Shown: one piece after another, positions 11,259 through 20,334 of the stretch
Layout: every line of letters begins with the position of its first letter
How positions within the stretch are numbered: the first letter of the stretch is position 1
Notes under the pieces: generated by a model
Databases searched by the model: none
Told to the model about the DNA's origin: nothing
Seen by the model: the letters and a program-made list of their open reading frames with translations, nothing else
Program-made: the position numbers and the translations under genes
Assembly (NCBI GenBank): GCA_963815455.1
Contig: CAWFGO010000003.1
Location: forward strand, 448,001 to 512,000
Length of the DNA: 64,000 nucleotides
DNA from: an uncultured Verrucomicrobiae bacterium
GTDB taxonomy: Bacteria; Verrucomicrobiota; Verrucomicrobiia; Chthoniobacterales; UBA10450
Direction of reading: 5' to 3'

Positions 11259-12078
11259 ATGAGCGACTCGCGCCCCATCGGCGTCTTCGATTCCGGAATT
11301 GGCGGGCTAACCGTCGTCAAGGCGCTGCGCGAGCTGTTGCCGAACGAGAACATTTTTTATCTGGGCGATACCGCCCGAGTCCCGTACGGAAATAAAAGTG
11401 CGGAGACGGTTGAGCGATACAGCCTCGAGCTGGCGGAGATGTTGATGCAGGAAGACGCCAAACTCATCGTCGTCGCCTGCAACACAGTTTCGTCGGTTGC
11501 GATTCCGAAGTTGAGGACCTCGGTTACAGTTCCGGTTATCGGGGTGATCGAGCCCGGGGCGCAGGCCGCCATTGCGACAACCCGGAACCGCCATGTTGGC
11601 GTAATCGGAACGCGCGCGACCATTCGCAGCGGCGCCTACGAAAACGCGTTGCGCGCACTCAATACTCACGTTCGTGTCAGCAGCTGCGCCTGCCCGCTGC
11701 TCGTGCCCTTGATCGAAGAGGGAATGCTGGATGACGAACTGACCGACCAGACGATCAGCGCGTTACCTCGAACCGATGATCGCCGATGGGATAGATACCC
11801 TTGTTCTCGGCTGCACTCATTATCCATTGCTTGCCGGCGCGATCGAGCGCGTCATTGGCCCCAAGGTGAAAATCGTCGATTCCGCGCGTAACTGCGCGGC
11901 TGCGGTCAAAGAATTATTAGATCGACAATCGCTCAGCGCCTCGGCCGATCAGGCCGGCGATCTGCAGGTAGCATTGACCGATGCGCCGGATCATTTTCTG
12001 CGCGTCGCCCGGGAAGCGTTGCAATTGGAAATCGGCGACGTGCAACTCCGTGAAGTCTTGCATCCGGCAAAGCTGTAG
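11259..12078 (+). CDS. murI: Glutamate racemase (frameshift near 11760)
   Basis: GVFDSGIGG, VVACNT, LGCTHYP. Confidence 0.95.
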
Positions 12079-12210
12079 CGGCGGTCTCTGACCGTCGAAG
12101 CTTTTCGGAATTGTAGGCCGTCTCTGCGAGACGGCGATTCAACGGAAAGGCGTCTGACACAAACGCCCTACAATCTCTGATCCTGTCGGCGGTCAGAGAC
12201 CGCCGCTACA
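12074..12210. repeat. Nested GTAG REP doublets
   Basis: Outer TGTAGCGGCGGTCTCTGACCG / CGGTCAGAGACCGCCGCTACA pair encloses an inner TTGTAGGCCGTCT...ACGCCCTACAA pair (12111-12173). Confidence 0.85.
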
Positions 12211-12553
12211 ATCTTGCCCTGCTCGCCTTCGGCAAACTCTCGACCACCAGCTCGTAAGAGTGATCCATCATCTTGCGAACTTCGGCATCGGGAATTCCAC
12301 CGTCGATCTCGACCGTGTTCCAATGCTTCTTGTTCATGTGATAACCGGGCCGAACTTGCTCGTAACGATCGCGCAATTCGAGCGCCAAATCCGGATCGCA
12401 TTTTAGATTCGCTGTCGCCGGAACTTCATCCAGCGACGCGAGCGCAAATATTTTGCCACCGACCTTGAAAACGAGAACGTCTTCGCCGAACGGCGTACCC
12501 TCGGTTGCGCCGGGTTTGTTCAGGCAATATTCACGAAATTGCTCGAGATCCAT
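12206..12553 (-). CDS. MmcQ/YjbR family DNA-binding protein
   Basis: TPFG..VLVFKVGGKIFAL, NLKCDP, PGYHMNKKHWNTV. Confidence 0.9.
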   Translation of the reverse strand: MDLEQFREYCLNKPGATEGTPFGEDVLVFKVGGKIFALASLDEVPATANLKCDPDLALELRDRYEQVRPGYHMNKKHWNTVEIDGGIPDAEVRKMMDHSYELVVESLPKASRARL

Positions 12554-12564
12554 GTGAGAACACC

Positions 12565-12658
12565 GTCATCCCGAGCGAAGCGCAGCGGAGTCGAGGGATC
12601 CCGTGGAAGGGTCTCAAGGTTTCGCAACGGGATCCCTACGACTTGCGCTCGGGATGAC
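12565..12658. repeat. (C)GTCAT-type palindromic repeat doublet
   Basis: GTCATCCCGAGCG..GTCGAGGGATCCC ... GGGATCCCTACGAC..CGCTCGGGATGAC; about 7 copies in the window. Confidence 0.85.
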
Positions 12659-14050
12659 TATCTAATTGCGCTCAACAATCGTTCACGCAAATCCTTAATC
12701 GCGACCCGGTCCTGTTTCATCGAGTCCCGATCGCGCAGCGTAACGGTGTCGCGCAAAGTGGCATCTCGTTCACCGAGCGTTTCGAAATCTACCGTCACAC
12801 AAAACGGCGTGCCGGCTTCATCCTGGCGACGATAACGGCGCCCGATCGCGCCGCTCTCATCATAAAAAACGTACATGTGCGGCCGGAGAAGATCGACAAT
12901 CTCTTTTGCTTTGGCCACCAACGGCTCCTTGTTTTTTAAGAGCGGAAAGACCGCGCACTTGATCGGCGCCAGGCGCGGATGGAATCGCAGAACAATGCGC
13001 GTCTCCATTTTGCCTTTTTCGTCGGGCGCTTCGTCTTCTGAATAGGCCTCACAAATCATCGCCAGCACCGGTCCGATCGACTCCGGCGCTCGGCTCGATT
13101 ACGTGCGGAATGAATTTCTGCTTCGTTTCCTCATCGAAATATTCCAGCGATTTGCCGCTGGCCTTCTGGTGTTGAGTCAAATCGTAGTCGGTGCGATAAG
13201 CGACGCCTTCGAGCTCCTGCCGGCCGAAAGGAAAATCGTATTCGATGTCGTAGGTGCCCTTGGAATAAAACGCGCGCTCGGCATCCGGCACAGTGAGCAC
13301 GTGCAATTTGTCGCGCGCGATTCCGATGTTCTCGTAAAACTTCAGACGCTCTTCTTTCCAGTATTCGAGCAGTTCCATCCCCTGCTCCGGTCGGCAAAAG
13401 TATTCCAGCTCCATCTGCTCGAACTCACGCGAGCGAAAAGTGAAATTACGCGGATTAATCTCATTCCGAAACGCTTTCCCGATCTGCGCGATGCCAAACG
13501 GCAATTTCTTGCGCGAAGTATCGAGCACGTTTTTGAACTGCACGAAAATCGCCTGCGCCGTCTCCGGCCGAAGATAAGTCACGCTCGATTCGTCCTCGGT
13601 CGCGCCTACGAACGTCTTGAACATCAAATTGAACGCGCGCGGTTCGGTTAAATCCTTGCCGCCGCAGGTCGGGCATTGCTTCTCGCCCTTCTTGTTTGTG
13701 ATCTGATCGGCACGCAATCGTGCCTTACAAGATCGACAATCGACCATCGGATCGCTGAACGTTTCTTCGTGGCCGCTCGCCTTCCAGACCGCCCGATTCA
13801 TCAGGATCGAGCCGTCCATGCCGACCACGTCGTCGCGCTCCTGCACCATGATGCGCCACCAGTAATTCTTTAGATTGCGCTTCAATTCGACCCCGAGCGG
13901 GCCGTAATCCCAGCAGCCATTCAAGCCGCCGTAAATCTCGCTCGATTGAAAAATGAACCCGCGCCGCTTGCACAAGCTGACGATCTTCTCCATGCTTGCC
14001 GCGCCGTAGCTCGGCGAAGGCGGGCGCTGGGCGTCGGGCTTGTCGTTCAT
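12658..14050 (-). CDS. glyQS: Glycine--tRNA ligase, alpha2 type (frameshift near 13070)
   Basis: [47 protein letters not shown], anticodon domain [15 protein letters not shown]. Confidence 0.95.
13995..14024 (+). repeat. CYTGYCNCGCCGTAGC..GCGRAGGCGG repeat family copy at the glyQS 5' end
   Basis: Related copies at 14688-14718, 25946-25976 and (reverse) 57133-57162. Confidence 0.7.
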
Positions 14051-14062
14051 ATGGGAGCCAAA

Positions 14063-14152
14063 TGTCCGCAGATTTCGCAGATTTACGCAGATTTTTCGAA
14101 CCAGGAATCCTCAGTCTTTTTCAATCTGCGAAATCTGCGTAAATCTGCGGAT
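14063..14152. repeat. Inverted pair of nonamer tandem repeats (CGCAGATTT x3 / AAATCTGCG x3)
   Basis: TCCGCAGATTTCGCAGATTTACGCAGATT ... AATCTGCGAAATCTGCGTAAATCTGCGGA. Confidence 0.85.
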
Positions 14153-14166
14153 AGAACCTCCGGGGG

Positions 14167-14619
14167 CTAAGTCTGCGCTTCGACGGTGACCTCGGTCTTG
14201 ACCGAGTTGGCGATGAAACATTGATCGTGCGCGCCGTGGTTAATCTCCTCGATCTCCTGCGCAGTCGGCTGTTTGTCGCCGGAAAATTTGAGCCGCTGCT
14301 TTAAGGTCACGCGTGTGATGGCCATTTTACCCTCGGCATTTTTTTCCATGTGCCCGACCGCTTCATCGGAATATTCGTCCAGCACGAATTTCTTCTTACA
14401 GGCGATGGCCAGGAAGGTGAGCATATGACAAGCGGAGATCGAAGCGACAAACGCTTCCTCCGGATCGACTTGCTTGGGGTCGCCGAGATAGGCCGGCGCG
14501 GCCGAGGCCGTCATCTCGTGGCCGCCGTCGAACTTCCAGGTGTGATTGCGCGGATATTTCTGATACTCGAACGGCGCATCACCGCGTTTCCAGGTAAGAG
14601 ATATTTTATGTTCGGACAT
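14167..14619 (-). CDS. OsmC/Ohr family protein
   Basis: DPEEAFVASISACHMLTFL and AHDQCFIANSVK (two conserved Cys). Confidence 0.9.
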   Translation of the reverse strand: MSEHKISLTWKRGDAPFEYQKYPRNHTWKFDGGHEMTASAAPAYLGDPKQVDPEEAFVASISACHMLTFLAIACKKKFVLDEYSDEAVGHMEKNAEGKMAITRVTLKQRLKFSGDKQPTAQEIEEINHGAHDQCFIANSVKTEVTVEAQT

Positions 14620-14665
14620 TCTTTTACATAGAACGACGTGCGTTGTAGGGCAAGCGCCTTGACTA

Positions 14666-14718
14666 GTCACTCGTCACTGGTCACTTACTTGTCACGCCGT
14701 AGCCTCGGCGAAGGCGGA
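14666..14718. repeat. GTCACT(N) heptamer x3 plus a CCGTAGC..GCGAAGGCGG repeat upstream of tRNA-Val
   Basis: Directly visible. Confidence 0.65.
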
Positions 14719-14730
14719 TCACTGCCCATC

Positions 14731-14802
14731 GCGCGATTAGCTCAGTGGTAGAGCGCTTGCTTCACACGCAAGAAGTCGCAGGTTCGAACCCTGCATCGCG
14801 CA
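14731..14802 (+). tRNA. tRNA-Val (CAC), CCA not encoded
   Basis: Cloverleaf GCGCGAT/ATCGCGC, D arm GCTC/GAGC, anticodon arm CTTGC-TTCACAC-GCAAG, T loop TTCGAAC. Confidence 0.95.
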
Positions 14803-14968
14803 CGCCCTTCCCCCGCTCGGAATTTGAAGCGCGCTCTAATTACAGAGCGGTCGCCGCGGCGACAAGTCGCTGGTTCGATCCCTGCATCGCGCACGCCCTT
14901 CCCCCGCTCGGAATTTGAAGCGCGCTCTAATTACGGAGCGGTCGCCGCGGCGACAAATCGCAGGTTCG
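14773..14968 (+). repeat. 91-bp tandem repeat built from the tRNA-Val 3' half + spacer + GTCGCCGCGGCGAC
   Basis: Units begin at 14773, 14864 and 14955 (partial); palindrome at 14850-14863 and 14941-14954. Confidence 0.9.
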
Positions 14969-14976
14969 GTGACGGT

Positions 14977-16290
14977 TTATTCCAAACCCGCAGCCCCTGC
15001 CAGTGCGTCCGGTTTTTGTTGCTTTGCCAGTTCGACCTGTCGACGTCCGAGCCACAGACTGAGCATGCACCAGATGGCCGCGAGCGGAACAGCCACCAGA
15101 CTGATCCTCGGGAGCTCCAGACCCAGCGCATGCAATCCGCCGTACGACCATGCGCCTATCTGATCACCGGTGCGGTATCCCAGAGTATCCGTCACGCTCT
15201 TGACCTTGTATTTGTCTTCGCGGCGCAAAACGGTAAACAAAATCTCGCGGGACGGACGCATCAGCGCGTAGGCGGCGACCCGGCGGGCAACTTGAAAGAT
15301 AGCGAGCAGGCCCAGACTTGGCGCAACGCTCATGGCCACAAAGCCGATCATGCTGAGGAAGGGCAGTGCAACCAGGGTGAGCCCGACCCCGAACGATTTT
15401 AGCAAACGTCCCGTGAGAAAAATCTGAATAATCACGGTCATGCTGTTGACCCAGATTTCAATGTTCGCCAGAAAGACGGTGCGTTCGTTACTGCCCTTGA
15501 AAGCCTCGCGCGCGAGATCGGACTGTTGAAAATAGGCCCAGGTCGAAGTGATCGTATAGAGAAGCATGGAGCCGGCCAGTCCCATAAGATAGGGCGAGCG
15601 GCCAATATGCGTGATCCCCGACCAAATCGATCCGCCGATCGGCTCTTCCGGGGCGGGATCGGCCTGACTCCGGCCAGCAAAGCCATGGGGAAAGAAGCGC
15701 ACCAGACAGACGGCGATGGCGAAGATTACCGCAGAGATGGCCAGAAGATTTGCTGGCCCGATCTCGCGGACAAGATTCTTGGTGATGTAAGCTCCCAAAA
15801 TCGCGCCGAGCGATCCGCCCACAGCGATGAAACCATAGAGCCGCTTGCCCTGCTCGACGGTAAACAGGTCGGTCATGAACGCCCAGAAGATCGCGGTATT
15901 GAACAGATTGAAAACGCTGACCCAAACGTAGAGCGCGCGGCCGATCCAGACCTGCTGCGCGGGTGGACAAGTCCGCATCAGAGCGAAAAAGAGGACAAGA
16001 TTCAGGATGAAAAATGCGTAGGCGATTGGAATGAATTTTCTCCGGGACATTCGCGCCACGATCGCGGCGAAGAGAGCATTGGCGATCAACATGAACACCA
16101 GTGTGGCGGTGAACATCCACGGCAATGTCTCCAGGCGATTGCCGGCGGCGATGCTATCCCGAATCGGGCGCATGACGTAGTAGCCGGCGAGAATGAGAAA
16201 ATGAAAAGCGAAGCCGAGCCAAAGCGCGCGGACTTCATCGGGGCGGACATCCACCGCGCGGCGTTGCAAACTAGCGAGGAACGTTCGCAT
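14977..16290 (-). CDS. MFS transporter, NTP/NDP exchange (TLC/AAA)-like
   Basis: YYVMRPIRD, FWAFMTDLF..QGKRLYG, EDKYKVKSVTDT; about 12 TM helices. Confidence 0.8.
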   Translation of the reverse strand: MRTFLASLQRRAVDVRPDEVRALWLGFAFHFLILAGYYVMRPIRDSIAAGNRLETLPWMFTATLVFMLIANALFAAIVARMSRRKFIPIAYAFFILNLVLFFALMRTCPPAQQVWIGRALYVWVSVFNLFNTAIFWAFMTDLFTVEQGKRLYGFIAVGGSLGAILGAYITKNLVREIGPANLLAISAVIFAIAVCLVRFFPHGFAGRSQADPAPEEPIGGSIWSGITHIGRSPYLMGLAGSMLLYTITSTWAYFQQSDLAREAFKGSNERTVFLANIEIWVNSMTVIIQIFLTGRLLKSFGVGLTLVALPFLSMIGFVAMSVAPSLGLLAIFQVARRVAAYALMRPSREILFTVLRREDKYKVKSVTDTLGYRTGDQIGAWSYGGLHALGLELPRISLVAVPLAAIWCMLSLWLGRRQVELAKQQKPDALAGAAGLE

Positions 16291-16327
16291 GGTCGCGGTG
16301 GAGGGCGGCGGTCCGGGTGATTGGCCG

Positions 16328-17455
16328 TTATTCTACCGCGATCACGACTTTTCCCCTGGCGTGGCCTTGTTCCAAATACCGGATCGCGTCAGGGACTTCG
16401 CTCAGTTTGTAACGACGATCGATGACCGGGGTCACTTTCCCAGCCGCCATTAGATCTGCCAGTTGCTTCATGTCTTTCTGCGTCGGATCGGACATCATCA
16501 TGCTCATCTTCTGACTCACGAACGGGGACAACAGCATCGCTTTGAGAGGACGAGACAATGGCCCCAGTAATCCCTGGTCGGCGGTTCCGCCGCCACCGAT
16601 CATGATATATTCGCCGGTGGGAACCAGGGCGCGTCTCATGCTTAACAACGGTTGGTTCCCCACATTGTCGAGAATCACGTCATAACGCGGCCCACCCTTG
16701 GTGAAATCCTCCTTGGTGTAATCAATAACGTGATCGGCGCCGAGCGATCGGACCATGTCGAGGTTCCTCGTGCTACACACACCGGTCACCTCTGCACCGA
16801 ACGATTTCGCGATCTGCACCGCGAACGTGCCCACGCCCCCCGATGCGCCATTGATCAGAATTTTTCGTCCGGGCTGAGCTTTGGCCTTGTCGCGGAGCGC
16901 CTGCAATGCGGTCAACCCAGCGATCTGGACAACTCCCGCCTGCTCGAATGTGATGTTAGCCGGTTTCAGGACGACCCCTTTTTCGGAAACAGCGACATAC
17001 TCTGCGAAAGCGCCGGTCTTCCCGCCCCACACTTCATCGCCGGGCTTGAATTGCGTCACGTTCTTGCCGACCGCTTCTATCGTCCCGGCGAAGTCGACGC
17101 CGAGTCGTACGACTTTGGGTTTACGCAAGCCCACGCCCAGCCGCATGATGTAAGGCGTGCCGCGGATGAAATGCCAGTCATACGGATTGACCGAAGCCGC
17201 ATGAACTTTTACCAGGACCTGGTTATCATTAGGCACAGGCTTGGCGATATCCATCAGCTTGAGGACATCGGGTGGACCATACTCGCAGTAGACGATCGCC
17301 TTCATCGTGTCGCCCTCGGTCGCGGCGAGGTGATCACAGTCGTTGGTCGACCTCCAGTAGGCGATAACGAGGAAAACGACTCCCACGAATAGAACGAGTG
17401 AGATTGCCAGCGCAGTCCACTTCACAATGCCTTTCAAGATGCGTGTTATTTTCAT
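16328..17455 (-). CDS. NAD(P)-dependent MDR oxidoreductase with N-terminal TM anchor
   Basis: ASVNPYD, LINGASGGVG, ADHVIDY, GHARGKVVI. Confidence 0.85.
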   Translation of the reverse strand: MKITRILKGIVKWTALAISLVLFVGVVFLVIAYWRSTNDCDHLAATEGDTMKAIVYCEYGPPDVLKLMDIAKPVPNDNQVLVKVHAASVNPYDWHFIRGTPYIMRLGVGLRKPKVVRLGVDFAGTIEAVGKNVTQFKPGDEVWGGKTGAFAEYVAVSEKGVVLKPANITFEQAGVVQIAGLTALQALRDKAKAQPGRKILINGASGGVGTFAVQIAKSFGAEVTGVCSTRNLDMVRSLGADHVIDYTKEDFTKGGPRYDVILDNVGNQPLLSMRRALVPTGEYIMIGGGGTADQGLLGPLSRPLKAMLLSPFVSQKMSMMMSDPTQKDMKQLADLMAAGKVTPVIDRRYKLSEVPDAIRYLEQGHARGKVVIAVE

Positions 17456-17473
17456 AAGTTTGGCAAATTCGAT

Positions 17474-18235
17474 TCATGTCTGATCACTGACCGCTGGCCT
17501 CTGGTCTCTGATTTGTATTCCCTTAAACAGAAGCCAAAAACTCACTATCATTTCAAAAATGGCCATCGGCGAATCGAACCAGTACGCGTTCACTGTCTTG
17601 CCGAAGTTTGGGAAGATAAGAAAAGCAAAAGCACAGATTACGCACCAGGCCGACGAGATTACGCCAAGGAGAGCTAATCCTTTCGGAATGTAATTCGACT
17701 TAAGCCACAACCATGCACAAACGGTTGCGGCCAATCCAAAAAATGGCAAACCCACGTAGTAGTCGTCGAAATTTGCGGCGAGATGCAGCCGCCCCAAGGC
17801 TTGCAATCGATCGGGCTCGAAGACTTCCAGGTAAGTTGCACCATGCACGACCCGCAGAACGCTCAGCAGATTGAGCGTAGTGAGAAGCCACAACAGGGCG
17901 AAGACGAAACGAAAGAGTGCTCCAATCAAGGCAAGGCCTTGATTGATCGGCTTAAAAATCACGTAGAGCGCTGCGAGGAGAACGAAAACGGTTGCGCTGT
18001 AGGCCAGAAAACAAACAACGATGATCCGGAATTGTGTTTCGTGCGCCACGATGTTTCGAGCGGTTTCCGGCGCGTTGCCCGGAACGATAAGAGGATTGAG
18101 CAGCGCATAGTTAGCGAAGACCACGATTACCGCCGCGAACAGGCCGCTGATTCCCGCTACTTTTGCCGCCGTGCGTTGTGCATTGTTCGCCACGGCGAAT
18201 CCGTCCTTTGGCGGATCGATGGTAATATTCGTCAT
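17474..18235 (-). CDS. DUF4386 membrane protein
   Basis: LIVPGNAPETARNI..E..FR; C-terminal FEMIVSFWLLFKG. Confidence 0.8.
   Translation of the reverse strand: MTNITIDPPKDGFAVANNAQRTAAKVAGISGLFAAVIVVFANYALLNPLIVPGNAPETARNIVAHETQFRIIVVCFLAYSATVFVLLAALYVIFKPINQGLALIGALFRFVFALLWLLTTLNLLSVLRVVHGATYLEVFEPDRLQALGRLHLAANFDDYYVGLPFFGLAATVCAWLWLKSNYIPKGLALLGVISSAWCVICAFAFLIFPNFGKTVNAYWFDSPMAIFEMIVSFWLLFKGIQIRDQRPAVSDQT
18186..18216 (-). repeat. 30-bp TCCGCC-N3-GGACGGA-YTCGCCGNGGCGA element in-frame in DUF4386
   Basis: Closely similar to 59556-59586; encodes PPKDGFAVAN. Confidence 0.75.
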
Positions 18236-18266
18236 TCGTTTTTCTCCGCGTGGTCAGCTTTTCTTT

Positions 18267-19391
18267 CTATTCCACAGTAATTACGACTTTTCCGCGAGCA
18301 TGTCCTTGTTCCAAATATCGAATGGCGTCAGCCGTCTCACTCAATTTGTAGGTCCGGTCGATGACCGGTGTCACTTTTCCCGATTGCATGAGTTCGGCCA
18401 GGATCATCATGTCCTTTTTGTTGAATTGGGCAATGTAGGCGATGAACTTCTGGCTAACGAACCGTGAGCGCACGTACGCACTGAGCGCACCAGCCAGACG
18501 CATCCCCATGCCGTCGTGCCATCCCGCGCCGCCGAACCCGGCCATGACACAGATGCCATTTGGATTCAGAATCCGCCGGCGCTCCGAAAACGAATGGTTC
18601 CCGACAAGATCATAGATCAAATCGTAACGTTGATCCGATTTGGTGAAATCCTCTTTGGTGTAGTCAATCACGTGATCGGCGCCGATCGATCGGACAAGAT
18701 CGACATTTCGCGTGCTGCAGACGCCGGTCACGTCGGTCCCGAACGATTTCGCAATCTGGACCGCGAACGTGCCAACGCCGCCGGACGCGCCGTTGATCAG
18801 GACCTTTTGTCCGGCCTGAATTTTTCCCTTGTCCCGAAGACCTTGCAGCGCCGTGATTGCCGCCACGGGGATAGAAGCGGCTTGCTCAAACGTCATGTTC
18901 GCTGGTTTAAACACAACGGCTCGATCCGCCATGACACACACATACTCTGCCAATGCGCCATTTTTCCCGCCGAACACTTCGTCGCCGGGCTTGAACTGTC
19001 CCGCCGCGGCGGGATTCTTGCCAACTGCTTCCACCGTTCCGGCATAGTCGACACCCAGGCGGGTATCTTTTGGTTTTCGCAAGCCAGTCAACGGGCGGAG
19101 CAGAAGCGGGCCTCGGATGCCGAGGTCGAGTGGGTTTACTGAAACCGCATGCACTCGGACCAGAAGTTGGTCTTCATTCGGAACCGGTTTTTCGATTTGT
19201 TCAACCTTGAGAACATCAGGGCCCCCATATTCACAATGGATAATAGCTCTCATGGGATTGATCGGAGGCCCGGCGTTGCGAAAGCAATCGTTAGTCGATC
19301 TCCAGTAAGCAATGAACCCGACTAGGAACGCCAACATTAGTGCGAACAAAATCGCGCGGATACTCCACTTTACGATACGCCTTAGGGTCAT
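18267..19391 (-). CDS. NAD(P)-dependent MDR oxidoreductase paralog with N-terminal TM anchor
   Basis: Same motifs as 16328-17455, shared AYWRSTNDC. Confidence 0.85.
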   Translation of the reverse strand: MTLRRIVKWSIRAILFALMLAFLVGFIAYWRSTNDCFRNAGPPINPMRAIIHCEYGGPDVLKVEQIEKPVPNEDQLLVRVHAVSVNPLDLGIRGPLLLRPLTGLRKPKDTRLGVDYAGTVEAVGKNPAAAGQFKPGDEVFGGKNGALAEYVCVMADRAVVFKPANMTFEQAASIPVAAITALQGLRDKGKIQAGQKVLINGASGGVGTFAVQIAKSFGTDVTGVCSTRNVDLVRSIGADHVIDYTKEDFTKSDQRYDLIYDLVGNHSFSERRRILNPNGICVMAGFGGAGWHDGMGMRLAGALSAYVRSRFVSQKFIAYIAQFNKKDMMILAELMQSGKVTPVIDRTYKLSETADAIRYLEQGHARGKVVITVE

Positions 19392-19413
19392 AATGCCTAA
19401 CTAAACACAAGAA

Positions 19414-20334
19414 TCACAGCGGTCCGCGATAACGGCGCAGCCGGACCGCTGCCGCAAGAAGTGCCGCGGCGACGATGAGCCCGATCCAAAGTCCAGGGCT
19501 GCTCAAGTATCTTCCCGGAGTAAGTTGTGAAAGCGAATCGATCGTGGGGTGAGTGCCACCGTGGAACCCGAACGCGTGCGGCGCAAAACCTATCAACCGG
19601 TGGCCCAACATCTTCCCGACATAGGTGGTGCCAAATGCAATCTTCTCGAGGATTTGGATCGCAATGAACGGCAACACCGCCCAGAGAAATGTCGCGCGAC
19701 GGGCCCAGCCCGAGACAAGAATCAGCCAGCCGTAGATTGGCGCATGCCAGAGCGCGAGCACGATCAAACCGTAGAGCAGCACAATCCAGTTCTGAACCAC
19801 CGGGAAATGTTCCCAGGTCGAGGCCGGACTCATCCCATGGACCAGAAGGACCACGCTGGTGTGCAGCAGCATGATAAGGTGAACGCAAACGATGACGACG
19901 AAGGCAACCAGCGGCAAAATTACAAGCGGTATGGTCACTTTTGATAGCACGTTGGTGAGATCCGACACCGGCAACGATTTCCAGAACAGGATGCTGCGAT
20001 CGCGACGTTCGCTGTGGAGCGCATCGAGACAGTAGAACACGCCGATGATGAACACGGTGAAGAGCATCATCATTGCCGCCATGTCGTATGGCGCCTCAAT
20101 ACGGACTCGTTGCAGGGCCGGGGCGAGCAACAACCCCTCGCGCCGGCGTTCCGCCAGACCAATCGTGCTGATGGCGAACCCAAATATTTGGACGGCGCCA
20201 ACAATCAGCGGCGCAATATATATGGAGCGGTTCTCCCACAGCTCCCGCCAGACCGACCAGTAGAAGGGTCGGGTCGGCGTGGTGGCATCCGCATCTTGCC
20301 GATGAGTTGGAGCAATATTCGAGTCCGTAGTCAT
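19414..20334 (-). CDS. ABC-2 type transporter permease
   Basis: RELWENRSIYIAP, ERRDRSILFWKSLPVSD; 6 TM helices. Confidence 0.85.
   Translation of the reverse strand: MTTDSNIAPTHRQDADATTPTRPFYWSVWRELWENRSIYIAPLIVGAVQIFGFAISTIGLAERRREGLLLAPALQRVRIEAPYDMAAMMMLFTVFIIGVFYCLDALHSERRDRSILFWKSLPVSDLTNVLSKVTIPLVILPLVAFVVIVCVHLIMLLHTSVVLLVHGMSPASTWEHFPVVQNWIVLLYGLIVLALWHAPIYGWLILVSGWARRATFLWAVLPFIAIQILEKIAFGTTYVGKMLGHRLIGFAPHAFGFHGGTHPTIDSLSQLTPGRYLSSPGLWIGLIVAAALLAAAVRLRRYRGPL

Noticed and set aside
14773..14968. CRISPR-like array
   Set aside because: Spacers are identical, the repeat is tRNA-derived, and there are no cas genes.
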